Shown piece after piece: positions 44,153 to 57,769 of a DNA stretch of 64,000 bases. The stretch comes from Glycera tridactyla. Its lineage: Eukaryota. The position numbers and the translations under genes were made by a program. The stretch's first letter is position 1. Every line of letters starts with the position of its first letter. Under the pieces are notes generated by a model, which searched no databases, was not told the origin of the DNA, and worked only from the letters and a program-made list of their open reading frames with translations. The DNA is taken from assembly GCA_965644265.1 (NCBI GenBank), contig OZ286464.1, forward strand, positions 89,342,001-89,406,000, given 5' to 3'.

Positions 44153-47100
44153 TATGACAATTCATTTAACTCGTTATCTTGTTTAAAAATTTGATGACTC
44201 AGCGAAATGCTGGTGGCGTGAGATTTATGACGACGGGGGAGTGCTTGATCATGTAAAATCTCAATCACCAGACGAAATAGAGGTGTATCGGAAAACCATC
44301 AATCTACGACTGAACACTCCGCTACATGCGCAATGAATGAGCCACAATGGTTAGAGATCACCTGTGATAAGCCCGCTAGCTGACAGTCAGTTGCTTCGCA
44401 TTCCTCATAAAATATTTTCTTATGATAGTAATTACTGGTCCTTGTGCAGATTCACCAGCCTCTCTTCTATTAGTGTATAGCCATGGAGAATGTAATTTGT
44501 CTCAATGAAACTATAATTATCAAAACATTATTGAAATGTATGAATTTCGTTCTCAGAAATCATCCGATGTTTCACTGTGAATTTGAGCCTGGATCTCAAG
44601 TATGACACCAGCCGCCTAGCTAGTAGCTAGGTGACTCATTGAGGAGCACACCCCACCACTCCATTCCCCACATGGAAATCCAGAGTTTATCTCCTTGTCA
44701 AATTTATGTTCAAGCCATTTGAGGAATTTCAAACAATGTGAGATGATTTGAGTGAAACAATATTTCATGACAATTTACTATTGCAGAGGAAGAGGTGAAC
44801 TGCCAGCAATGAATGATTATGTCAGGTCTCAGCTGAAAGTTTGAAAAATCCTCATTGGCTATGCTGATATTAATGCAATTGGGTTGAATGATTTACAATG
44901 ACAACTTCCTGCATTTCTTGTTGAGACTGGTGAGGGATGACTCATGAGAACTGTGCCTAACTCCCATGAATAACCAACATCAGAGCGGATGGATATCAGG
45001 AGCAGAAGGGTCTGGTTACGGCAGACACACATCATGCACATATCATATAGGATCAGTCTGACTGTCAATTCAATGGTCGTTTCATCTTCGACGAAATGAG
45101 AGCGAGATGTCTTCATGGGCATCGATGGTGAATCTCTCAGCAAGCGCAAACTCATCAAGAAAACATCTCATGAGACCAGAACTCATTTCTGAGTACGTGA
45201 GACCGGTCTGGGTACTTCCTGTTGTCATGGTTTTCACAGAGAATGCAGGCACCTGAGGGCCTGATTAGAGTACCCCGTTCAACTTGGTGAAAGCGCCCTC
45301 TGGCTGTCACACGGCAGAAGCCAACCAATTTAACTTCCTCCCCAAAGAATAAGCTTCCAGCTTCACAATTGACCCTCATCACCATGGTAACATATAACAT
45401 ACAGCGCCATCTGGAGGAAGTCCGTTCTTCCATAACAATCAGTGTCATTCTTCTGTCATTTCATATCTCATGTCACTCTGTGAATGTTTCTACTGATCTC
45501 AACCCAGTACTGTTTTGGTTGATCTCAGCCAAGTGTTGTTTAGACTAATCTCTGTCCAGTACTTCTTTGACCAATCTCAGCCCAGAACCACTGCCAGAGC
45601 CTGGAGATTCTGATCTTCCCAATGTTGTTATTAGTCATTCATGGGTGACAGGTCTAATCTTCCAAGGTACAGTGCCATCTGCCTGTGCTTGAACTTTGAA
45701 CTTCCCTCTACTGTGCTTACATGGGCGTGTATTTGGTCGGGAATTAGTGTACCTGTAGTCACTCATTATTGCACCACTACTAACCTAGGATCATTGATAA
45801 AATCAGCTGTGATGAGCAAGAGACAGAAATAGAGAGGAAGAGAGAGAGGGGGAGAGGGGAGAGAGAGAAAAGAGAGGAGGGGGGGGGGGGCAGGGAGGGA
45901 GAGTGAAGAGAATGAGGGAGGAAGGAAGGATTGGATTGAAAGAGAGGTCTTTCTGTGAAGTTTTTGTCCTAGATTTGTATAAGACTTTCAAGTAATTTAT
46001 ATGGTAATGACTCTCATCTGAATTGCTGATATGACAGACAAGAAAGGCATGAATGGGCAACGCCGGAACATCAGGCTTCCCAAATCAATATATTCTCAGA
46101 CCCTTAAACCTGCAGTCAAAGTCTACTTGGCTTCCATGTAATTACAATATAACCTAAAACGTGAATTCATCTTTTTGATCAGTCAGTTGCTTGATTTGTT
46201 GGTTGGCATAGATGTCAACATTTGAAGGACAGAAATAGTAGAAGTGCCAAATTCAAGGAATAGCAATATGTCAATATTTGCAATGGAAAATTAAGAAAAA
46301 TACTGATTTTTTAGAGTAGCATCATCTGTAAAATGCAAGAATTTTGAGCTAAAAAGAGTAGTTGCTACTCGAGAATCATAGTGGTTGACATCTCTGGGTT
46401 TGCCAGACAGTTGGCTAGCTGGTTAGAACATGTCTCAGGCTGATGAACTATTCATATTCAACAAGGAGATCACATATCCCTGATTTTTTTGTGACGTGTA
46501 ATCTATGGAAGGTAATGACATGGTGCAGAAAGCTGTACATTCTATGAATAATAAACAGTATATAATCCGCAGAAAGATTATCACCTATACCTGATTGATA
46601 GACCAAGTTGACTAATACATACCAGCATGGCAGACCATTGTGTGGAAGCATGATGTTCTTTGTCATAACAGTGATGTATTTTCGCCAGAATGATGATGCA
46701 TTGTGAGGACCCCAACTGGATGTTCAGAGTGGGTCCAGTGATGCATCATGTGAGTCCTGACATGATTAGGTGGGTGCCAGCAATGAATTCAATATCAAAT
46801 AACCATTTCATTCTCAAATATATATTCATAAAGTATTGTTCATGAAAGTACTCATCAGTTGTATTACATCAGATGTCTTGATACTTGGAAGTGCATGGAC
46901 ACCACTTTCGTCTTGCATCTCCGGGACTCATCAGCGTCTTGACTGACGAGTCCTCTTTCATTTTAAGTGCATGCAATAAGCGGAATGCATCCCAAAATGC
47001 ATCACTGCACCATAATGTATCAACCGCTGTCTCTGCATGTCTGAATAGATCAGTTTATTGTCGAGATTTCTTGAGGTCTGGATGTATTGTACCCAGAAAC

Positions 47101-48241
47101 ACTGACCTTGAACACTGCAGATGGGGGAAAAGACATGACGTATATTCATGATACAAATACTTACCTACTGGACAATGTCAGACCAGCGAAATCAGTTTCA
47201 AGAGACCCTTCTGAATGTTACCAAAACAGGGACTATCATCAGAATTGGTTTCTTGTGTGTGTGTGGGGGGGGGGGGGGGGTCCTTGTCGAAGGTTTCACC
47301 ATAGATTAAATACAGTCGAACCTGCCTATAAAGACCGCCTTCAATATCTCTTGTCCTCATCTCATATTCTTCAAGAATCCTTTTATAAAGATGGCGAGGA
47401 GAGTATTGGCCCATGGTGGCAGGGACATCTTTAACTTCACACTCCCACAAATACTGAACCAATACAAGATATCTGCTTCACTGGAAAATTCTTTCAGCCA
47501 TGTGAGCAGGTACTTTTTTCCAATTCACCGGGGTTCCTGATAAAATGCTTGTGTTTGGCTGGTGGGCGCCTGTTACTTGCTTTCACCTCTATACTGTAAT
47601 ATAACAACAGGAACGATGTCATCTCCGCAGCAAATGGTTTGGAGAAGCATCATTGGCTGACCTGAAGCTGAATGGGGTCCCAAGATTTTTAATTGCCACT
47701 TGCTCAGTTCTTCGGGTGTATCCAAGTAGAAAATTAAAGTGGAATAAAAAAAAGCCATAATGTATATCAGACATAGATCATCACATGCTTGCCTGCTTTG
47801 ACATTCTCAGTCGGAAAGACAGACTAGACGGTGATCAATCAGAATGGGCATTACCACAACTCATGCTTAGATGTTTCTTTGAAGAGTGTATCTATTTCAT
47901 CTGCAGAGCTATGAATGAAACAAGTGAAACTGACTATTTCATGATGATACCTCCCCTCATTTGGAGAGGAGAATGGGATTGAATTTGATTATTGATCTTG
48001 CCAGAAGTACATCAGAAATAATATCAGGTCTGTCTTTTCTGAGTGGTATGTAAACAACGAGGTGGACAAGTTGGTTGAGGAGTATGTCAAGTATCTCTGT
48101 TCTCGGATATTGGCTGGTTGGATGTTAGGTTTCAACAGATAATTGGGGCAGTGATCAAAGAGTTTTCACTATAAGTTTGAAACAAAGACACTTATTTTTG
48201 AGAATGTCTACCTGAGGTAGGAATTCTGCTGGCTGGCAATA

Positions 48242-48580
48242 CAGTGAAACCTGTCTTGGGAGACCCCTCTTTTGGGAGACCATCCTTTAATGGGAGACCG
48301 CTCTTTATCAGCTCTTTTCTATTAGACATAGTCAAATTTACCTCTGATGAGAGACCACCTGTCTTGAGAGACCGCTTTTCAATGGTGTTTGGGGCGGTCT
48401 CCCAAGACAGCTTTTACTGTACAGTCGAACCTGTCTATAAAGACCGCCTTCGGTCGCATCGAAAAGCGGTCTTTATGGGCAGGTGGTCTTTATAGAGGTC
48501 ATTTACTGTTGAAAATACTATCACGGTCGCACCTCAGGGCGGTCTTTATGGGCAGGTGGTCTTTATAGCAGGTTCGACTG
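48242..48580. mobile_element. two abutting MITEs sharing one TA (48242-48419 and 48422-48580)
   Basis: ...TTTTACTG|TA|CAGTCGAACC... Confidence 0.9.
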
Positions 48581-51500
48581 TACTCATATTTGGAAGAGCT
48601 TTCATCAAAATATCTACAAGTAGTGATACGAAAGTTATTAGCAATGACAATGCACCTTCAGGGCCAGCCAATCAACAGCAAATGAGCAACTTACAGCTGA
48701 TCAGAGAAGGCTGGTGATTGGCTTATCCTCTCCAAAACAAGTCAAACAATCAAACAATGATTGGCTATTCCAAATCACAGTAAAGTGCCTGATTGGCTAC
48801 ATCGAGACTGATTTGTTAATGGCATGCTGGAAGCTTGGGGCTACTTCATGAGGGCATTGTAGGAGAACTGAGACCTGTTGTATGCCTTCTCATGGCGTTT
48901 CCCTCTTGGAAAACATTGCAAAATGAAAGCACCCTTTTCCTGAATAAGAGTGCAACAACCACCCTGATAGGGTGGAACTTTTTTCAGCCTATGCAATGGT
49001 GCAATTCAGAATGCAGTACATGGTTCAGACCATAGGAAACCAATATTTACTGAAAATGAAGTTCTCAGGTGGGGGCCTCTCATTCTTTTTCTCTTGAATT
49101 CATACCTATTTTCAGATGGGCCATGTATCAGCAAGGATCCACTGGCTGTCTTTGAGGAGCTGTGACTAGGGTTGGACAGGACTCAAGATTCCTTCAATCT
49201 TGGCTGGGTCGCCAGGTCACCCTTCTTCAAACCCTGACCTGGTATTTCACTAATGACCTGCCCAACTTTGCTGCTGTTGTTTCACGATTCACTGCTGATG
49301 CAGTGATGGTGCTGGATGGGTGTGGTGTTACCTTTCTTCTCATGACTTTGTGGTCTTGATAATGAATCCCTACAGGGAACATTCTGAAATTACCATGCCA
49401 CAAACTTTAGAGCTGCATGTTGCGAGTACTCAAAGCAAGGCATCATTCTTTCAAGAAGCTTCTAGGAAATATTTTCTCTTTCCTTGTTGTGTCACATTTC
49501 ATGCCATTATGGATTTTGATGAAATATTCATCTCACTATCTCATTGTTCTACATCTTGTGTGGCTACAAAAGAACCTCAATTCAGCAACCACCCTCAGGA
49601 AGCCAAAAAGTGGTTGCTGAAGAATTATTGTGAAAAATATTCTAGTAGGACATCAGGAAGTGGCTGCTTAACAGTGATTGCACTTTATGTTAGAATACTA
49701 TGTGGACTGTCTGATACCTGGATAATCATCGAAATACTGCAAATGATAATGGTACACAGATAAGCAGATTGAGGTGGAAGCCAGAGTGTCAATTGCGAAG
49801 GGTGGGTCTACAATATCCCACTTGTACTTGCAAGACTTTCATCACAATCTTGGTGTAAGATGTGCGAGATTTCGTGCAGCACCAAACATGTGATATATTG
49901 GTGATGATGTCATCTTTCTAAACTTTTGTTGGTTGACATTGTAGATATAATATCTTGTATTAATTTGTTAGTTGGCAGTGCAAATAGGAATGGCTTGATG
50001 TCCAGGGGTTCCCGTCAACAAAAAAGTTGTTTGGGGAGTCTGTCCTATGTAATACTTATCTGATTATCTCATGATTCTACAACTGGTTTATCAATCACTA
50101 TCTATGTTCGAATTGTATGTGGGCTGTCTGAAGCCTAATGGAGACAAGTACAGTGAAACCTACAATGAGAGATCACCTAAAACCTCAACAAAAAGCAGTC
50201 TTACGAAACAGGGGGTCTTTCATCAGACTTATACTTGACCACGTCAAGTAATGAAATGGTATGCAAAAAGTGGCCTCTCAAAACAGGTAGTATCTCATTG
50301 TAGGTTCCACTGTACTGCATATAATGAAGACATAGACCAAATGATGTCAATGATTTCAGGTGAAATGTCAGGAAATAAGGGTGAATATTTTGAAAATTGC
50401 CCCAGATACTCTGGAAAGAATCTTGAATTGAAATTATTTGTCCAATTCTAGCAATTGAGATAATTCTCTGGTCACTTGTCATTTTGTATGGCTCCAGCCA
50501 TCATGCACTCACTCAACTGCAGCTACATTTATATCCACAAAGGGAGAGGAATACTCCCGTCAATTTACTACACGTACATGCCAAGATACCTCCATCTGGT
50601 CATTTGTCCGCTCCCGATAACGACTGCCAGCTATTGAATGGGTGCCACAGCTGCTCCTGATTATGCTCAGAATTCGCCTAGCTGGTTTGCTGCGATAAAA
50701 CCGTTTTTTTTTTTAATAGGTGACCCGTCTTTGACATCTGAACGTCTACTTATGGTGTCCCATTACATTCACAGCTCACAAAATCATCCATTCACCAATC
50801 GTCCAATCTCAGATAACACGATATCCTTATCACTTCATTCAGAGCATAGAACTGTCTCTAGATGACATAATTTTCTGTACAGTAAAACCTGCTTGAGGGT
50901 AATCTTGTGCTAGGCGGAATCCTGTCTCAAGCGCATACCCCATGGTCTGCCCAAACGTTTTTTCACTATAATTGACCTGTATTGAGCGGAAACCTGTCTA
51001 ACGCAAACAACAGAACTCCAATTTCAGTCCCGCGGAGCCCACCAACCTGTAGTGAGTGAAAAGCAAAGTTGACATCGAAACTCACAAGTGAGCAATTCTA
51101 CACGTTCCGCTAGGGAAATCCGCGATGATGCACACCCTCCTCCAATAATGTCTACATTTGCGCCTTCATACGACTATGGTACTCTTACCTGAGTGCGTGA
51201 CAATATTCAATGTGGTGTACCACATCTAATTATGGCTCAGCAAATGTTAATAATGTTTTTCTCACAATATGCACCAGATAAACAGTAATAAGGGCTTATC
51301 TCAACGCGGGGAAAATGGACAGCACCTTCTGACATCTGAGCAGCAGTCTTGTCACCAGAGGGAGCTATTTACAGCGATATGAGTAGGCACTTCAAATGTC
51401 AAAGGTGTGGGATAATCACCGCATTACACTCCTGAGTATAGAGTCTTTATCTACTTATTCCGCCTTTTTCTGAGTAGTGGTTCCAGGAATAGTTTCTTTC

Positions 51501-52751
51501 TTTTTATAACCCTCCAGCCTGGTGTTATTGCTGGTTGGACAGGACAAGGATAGAAGTGCATCTTCTGCGACCAATGCTGCTGCTACCACTGCCACGGCCA
51601 CTGCCACTGCTTCTGCTGTTGCTGCTGCTCGTACTACCATGAAACCTGTCTTGGGCGACATAACAAACTGCCAACCACAAGCAGTCTCTCAAGACAGGTG
51701 GTCTTTCAATGGGGGTATATTCGACAATGTCAAATTGATGGCTCAGCACGAAACTAGGCTATCTTCCTATGAATATATAAGGAGTTAGCCTAGCTTTGCA
51801 TTTGGCCATCAAAATAGGAAAGAACCGATAAGGAGCAGTCACTCAAAAGAAGGCAGTTTTCCAAAACGGGTGATACTGTACTTCTTTCCCGCAGGCAAGA
51901 TGCAGATGTACACTACTCCCCCATTATTACTGCTGCTGCTGCTACTATTACTGCCTCTGCCACTGCTACGGCAGCTGCTGCTACCGTTGCCACTGCCACT
52001 GCCGCCACTGCTACTACTACTTTAATCATACAGACGACTATAAAACGGGTGTTCTGACTATAGAACTGGTGTTCTCTGCACTCTCACTCGGCCAGTACAT
52101 GACTGGACCAGAATCCCAAGCATGCTTTCCTGTTTGAACAATAAACAGGGGTTTCCCATTTGACGCCCCCAACCTCAATCTTCCCCGGTTTATGACAAGA
52201 TGGCTGCTAATGAAAAAGGCTGTACTTATCTTGAGTGGCGGACCGCACTGTTGACTGGACTAGACCACTCATCACTTACCTACAACATGATAAAGATCAA
52301 ACACACAATTAGTATCTCACTATCAAGGACTCGAGTGTGTGAAAACTAGAGCACTGTCAACCTGAGAAGGAAATTGACACTCAATAATACGTGCTATGTA
52401 TAGCATCATAAGAGTCATATCAGTGTCATCCTGAGACCAAGTGAAACTATACAATCTATGTGAGGATTTCTCTCCCAGAAGTTCGCCTATCCACAAAGAT
52501 TATTCACCATATTAGTAGACAACCAAGTGATTTACAATAAATGATAAGAGAAATCAATGAACTTGTTTATATAGCTAAGCCTTGGAGCTTGCTGATGCTA
52601 CAGAACTTATCACAGTGAGTCCTGAGAGAGCCTGCCCCTGATGACCCACTTTTTTGCATCTATTGTTCTGGGTTCTTGGTCCCAGCATGAGATCAAGACT
52701 GATAGATGAGTGGTTAAAGCATGGTGAAATGTCTCAACAATCATTCCTGTA

Positions 52752-52915
52752 CAGTGAAACCTGCAACAAGAGACCCCCGACGAGAGACCACCTCCGATGG
52801 GAGACCGCTTTTCCAGGGCAGCTTTTCTATTTGACATAGTCAAAGTGGTTCCACCTCTTTTGAGAGACTGCTTTTTGGTGACATTTAGGGCGGTCTCTCA
52901 TCGCAGGTTTCAGTG
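52752..52915. mobile_element. TA-flanked MITE
   Basis: CAGTGAAACCTGC...GCAGGTTTCAGTG. Confidence 0.85.
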
Positions 52916-55392
52916 TATAGGTAGGAAATAGGTATGATCCTGTGTCTGGGGTTTGATGGCATGCATCAAACCAAAGGATTACCTTGATCATGTATGCCAT
53001 GCATTCCTCAACTATGAAAGCTTGATGCTCTGTCCCCCCGGCAACACTTTCACAATCATGAACACAAAATGATGGGGAATCAGAGAGATTTTCGAGTGGA
53101 AGTGGCTGACAGTACAGATACACCTTGACTTGACTCGCTTGATTAAAAATGAAAATATCGATGACATGTGACTGGATGAATGATTACTATAATTCCATTT
53201 AATCATGCTGCGAGTCCAAACCTGATTCAAAATGTGATTTATCGGTATAAGTTAGATTGGTTGGTTGGTTGGTAGTTAGGGTTCAGTGACTTGTCTCACG
53301 ACTGGAGCTCATGTACATTGTGTATTCCAGGACTACGACAGCTTGATACCTTGTAACTGGGTGGATACCGACACTAGGGCGTGAGGACAATGCCTCCCAC
53401 AAAAGCAGTCCTCGAGACAAAGAAGTGTGGTCGCCAGCATATCCTATACAAGAAGCAATGCCTTGAAACTTCCCAATTATCAGGTCAGAGCCCAAGTAAC
53501 CCAAGTACGGATGTGCCTGGTACTTGCTTTGTTGTGAGCAGGGGTACCAAGTGGCTTCTAGAAGAAACAAATTCACGATTACAAACAGTTTTGTTCGTGT
53601 CCAGGGGTAAGCGGAGAGACTAGAACATGAAAAACCCCTTCTCCCTGGAAAAAAAGGCATTCTCTTGAAGCTGGGAGTGTTTCAAGAAAAAAGAGGGCAT
53701 TTCCTGAAAATGCCTGGATTCATCATTCAACGACTAGGAAGTGCATGATGCAGAAGTCAATGAGATGGGGTGAAATACCTGTACAGATGAGAAGGGTGAG
53801 GGCACCTTCACCGACTTGAATGAAGTCACCGGATACCCTGATATTTCAAACAGATAGAAGAAATTAAAACAGGTCCCCTAATTCAGGAGCGCGGGCATTC
53901 ATTCTCCAAGATTTGTGGGCCATCACCCCTTTGGATTGGACACTGAATGAGCAAAGGCATCTGCAACCTTCAGAAGGTCAGTGAGGGGGGTGGATGCAAT
54001 GATGGAGCAAAGTTCATGATCACCACCTACCATTACTAGCTGGCGACCCAGCACTGGCGCCCATGTGCCCCAGTTCGACTGGTTCCGAGGTAAATTTGAC
54101 TGGCATCTTGAGACGCTCGGTGAAATTCACCCGTACCACTTCGAATCACGCTGCAATCGACTCTCTCCACCTGGACAAGCGGTACTCCTGGTAAGTGGGA
54201 GTGTTGGCGAGGAGTGTCTCCAACAACGCTGACAACGACCACACTCTCGTCAATGACACCAATCGGATGAAGGTCATTAGATTAAGATACTGGCACCTGA
54301 TTGGCTTATGGTTTATCAACACATGGATTCATCAGGTAGCAAGAGTGAGATAGTCCCAGCGTGTCTCCTGGGGCCACGACTCTAACATGTAGGTGAACCT
54401 CCAGCCACTGTCAGTCACCACAGTCACTAGCTCCTCTTATGCTTAGTTTTCTCAGAATTCCAGAAATATGGAATATGGAGCATCTATTCAATCTTCAGGG
54501 TCAAGTGTAGTAATTTGTGAAACAGGCCCCAAAAGTATCGGTCCTATCACTGAGTTCCGACTACTGCACTACCTGTAAGGCGAGACTCCCACCAAAGACA
54601 ATTTGGTTGAGTATTCTCCAAACCTTACGATATCCTTGTTCCAAGTACTGCAGCTGGCTGAAAAGAAAAACATTGCTACGAGGCTTGATAGTCAGCTTCC
54701 AGCCAGATACATAGTTAGATATGCCATCTTCAGGTTCAATATGCTCATGTTAGATAGTTAGAGGTGTGTCTGAACTGTCAGCTACTTCCACTCGACAACC
54801 TCACCCCGTCATCTTGTGTTCATGGTTGGTGTGAGTGATGTCTGCAGGGCAGAGAAAATGTAGCTTTTATAGACCAAGAACACACAGAATCCCCTGGCTT
54901 GATGCATGTGGTTGACCTTCAACCAAAGCAAACTCAACAGACAAGAGAATGAAATTAGGAGAATCTATTCAAACTTCAGGTTTTATTCCAGCATCTTATG
55001 AAATGGGCCCCTTTTCCCTAACACTTTCAACTTCAAGATCCAAATTAGTAGGTAGGCTGTCTTGCCACAATGAGTCATGCATCATTTAATTTAGCTGCAT
55101 TTGATCTGACCATCAGTTTAACAATCTTGACAGACTAGACATCCTGGGGTAGTTTGGATGCCCTAGCAATGAAAGGCTGATTACCTGATTATCATGTGGA
55201 CCATGACAATGTATGTGTCAGATTATAATCAACGGTAGCCTAATCCTTTTATCATCTCAAGTATCTGCATAATATACCTCAACTAAACGTAATTCAACAA
55301 TGATTGTAGGGAGTCTTACTTCAGGACTACATGCCAATCAATCATCCATGATAGTCCAAATTATGATTGGAAAGATGACATGCAGTATCCAC

Positions 55393-55825
55393 TAGGGGTG
55401 GGGAAATTAACCATCATATCGATTATTGCATCGTTGAGAGGTCCGATTCGATTAATCGATCATAAAAATTGATAATCGATCAAAATATTCATGATTTTGT
55501 TGTACTTTTATGGAATGACTTTAGATGATCTCAATAATATCAGCATATATGCGTCATCGTGGGAACCTCCAAATTCACCGAGCTCACAAGAAAAATGAAT
55601 GTAGAAGTGTACTGGTCAGTACAGGGACATTATTTGATGCAAGTTTGTTGATTTGACAAAAAAGTTATTACCCTTGAATATGGGTACAAAGTTATGATTT
55701 CATAGCAAATCCTCAGCATTATGAGGTCAGCCAGGTGAGTCTTAACTCCGATTATTTAATCGATAATCAATCGCTGGCGAGTCTGATTAATCGATCATCA
55801 TTTTTGAAACCGAGTCTGAGCACTA
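55393..55825. mobile_element. hAT-type MITE
   Basis: TAGGGGTG...GCACTA ends, exact 8-bp TSD GTATCCAC (55385-55392 and 55826-55833), subterminal ATCGAT/CGATT repeats. Confidence 0.9.
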
Positions 55826-56126
55826 GTATCCACATGATAAATGCAGTATTGCAGTCTGCTGGGCGCACTTGCATTTGACTTGCCAATAACAAAAAACCCT
55901 GACAATTGTTGTGGAGATCATTTTCATGAAGTTTCTTGTTACAAACCCCACCGACAAAATTAGATCCTGCTTGACATGTCTGTATCTGCCTTCACCTGTA
56001 TGAGTGAGGTTTAGTCATTGTCATAGTCATTGTCAGTTTATCAATACCATGTGTAATGCCCCTTTGAAGTCCAAGGGTGAACAAAAGCCGTGATGCAAAG
56101 TACGATTGCCATCTATCATTTCAACC

Positions 56127-56168
56127 TGGACAGACGAGTGCCAGAAGGCATTTGACCGACTGAAAGAA
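56127..56168 (+). mobile_element. Ty3/Gypsy pol fragment
   Basis: WTDECQKAFDRLKE, the RT-RNaseH connection motif; flanks not recognisable. Confidence 0.55.
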
Positions 56169-56379
56169 CCCTCTTCTTTCATGATCAAGACAATGAAAAG
56201 GGCGGGCATTTCGAATCATCCACATGTTCTCTGCGATCTGAAATTCAGAATTTTCAGCATACAATGCCCTTTTCCATGATAGATATAGCTTGTTTGATTC
56301 ACCCTTGGTAAAGATGGCATCTGCAGAGCTGCAAATCATATGAAAAACATTGACAATCACAATGACATGTCTCAGTATA

Positions 56380-56540
56380 CAGTCAAACCTCCTCTAAAGA
56401 CCACCTCCCTGTAAAGACTACCCTGAGCTGCGACCATGACAGTATTTTCAACAGTAAATGACCTCTCTATAAAGACCACCTCCCTATAAAGACCCCTTTT
56501 TGATGCGACCAAAGGCAGTCTTTATAGGGAGGTTTGACTG
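56380..56540. mobile_element. TA-flanked MITE
   Basis: CAGTCAAACCTCC...GGAGGTTTGACTG. Confidence 0.9.
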
Positions 56541-56544
56541 TATT

Positions 56545-56760
56545 CTCTATATTTTTAATTGTTCATGGTATCTGCGAAGGCCTTCTTGAACATTCAATGT
56601 GGCTGAGATTCTGATCTCAGTTGGGAGCTTATTCCACAACCTCTCAGTTGGGAGCTTATTCCACAACCTCTCAGTTGGGAGCTTATTCCACAACCTCTCA
56701 GTTGGGAGCTTATTCCACAACCTGCAGTTGCATCAGTTGAACCACAACGACAGCTGTTAA
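56545..56760 (-). mobile_element. CR1/L2-type LINE ORF2 C-terminal remnant with a 4x 27-bp internal array (56614-56721)
   Basis: Reads RLWNKLPTE x4 then IRISATLN, and after a 1-nt shift FKKAF; LWNxLP...FK is the CR1/L2 terminal motif. Confidence 0.7.
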
Positions 56761-57769
56761 ATAGTCAGGGATATTCCTGGGGCGAGATTTGGGGAGAATC
56801 CCTCATTAAATTTTCAAATGTCCCATTCTTCTCAGTGAACTTGGGACAGGTTGTCCTATTGGCTCAGATTGGAGATGCAAAAATCGCATTCACTTCAAGC
56901 TTCTTCTGAGCGTACTTCACAAGAGCTGTCACTGATACTGTTGTCTGTTTGCTGTGGGAGAAAACTGTTCTTTCATTGTGCAGACAGAGGTATTAGACAT
57001 TCAGCATTCCATTCTAAATGAGTGAGAAATTGTCTCAGCAAGCTCAGAATTGTCCCATTGGTTTTAGGTCACATGGGACATTCGTCTCATTAACTTCTCA
57101 TCTCAGGCATTTCCCTGCTAGTTCAAGTACATTGATAAGTTTGCTTGTCTATTTCTCTGAGGTTGAAACGACTCTTATCTTATCTTATCTTATCTTATCT
57201 TATCTTAATCATCACCCATACATAACTGGTGTGAATGAATGTTAGAATGACGATACAAAAGAATGTAAGAATGATGGTACAGACAAAAATCAATAAAAGA
57301 AGACAGAATGTGTTGGGTGGAGAGCTAAGTTATAGGTGTGACATCCTGGGTGGCAGAGACAATAAATCTGATTTGAGATACTGGAGCGTGTAAGTCAGGT
57401 TGGCAGGAGGAGACGTAGAAGATGTGGCTGTCTATATTTTTACAGCAGGGAACACAAAGGCCACAACATGCCTGGTGGCCCAAATCACTCAAATCACCAT
57501 CAAACGATGTTTCTTTCAATACTTGATTGATGATTTCAAGGTTAATAGAAAATCAAATGAAATCAGGGTACTATAAAACTCATTGCAAAGCAAATATATT
57601 TATCCAATGAAATGTACGAGAAATTGCCTACAGCTTAAAATCTGCCATATGTGAGCAGGAAATGGGTGAACTAGTCAATCTAGCCCCACATGATAAGTGA
57701 GACAAGGTTATAGCCACAAAGTGCCAGAAAAATTCACCATATTTGTCATAGGTTCATGCAACTCTCAGA

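Noticed and set aside
45040-45260. Minus-strand frame containing ERFTID (RFxI, SPAK-docking-like)
   Set aside because: Ends in a stop with no suitable splice donor; more likely decayed retroelement sequence
54030-54440. GC-rich coding-like segment
   Set aside because: Stops in all frames and no motif I can assign confidently; probably an old retroelement (needs TBLASTX)
38586-56721. Regular short repeats as possible CRISPR arrays
   Set aside because: No unique spacers and a eukaryotic intron context; these are minisatellites
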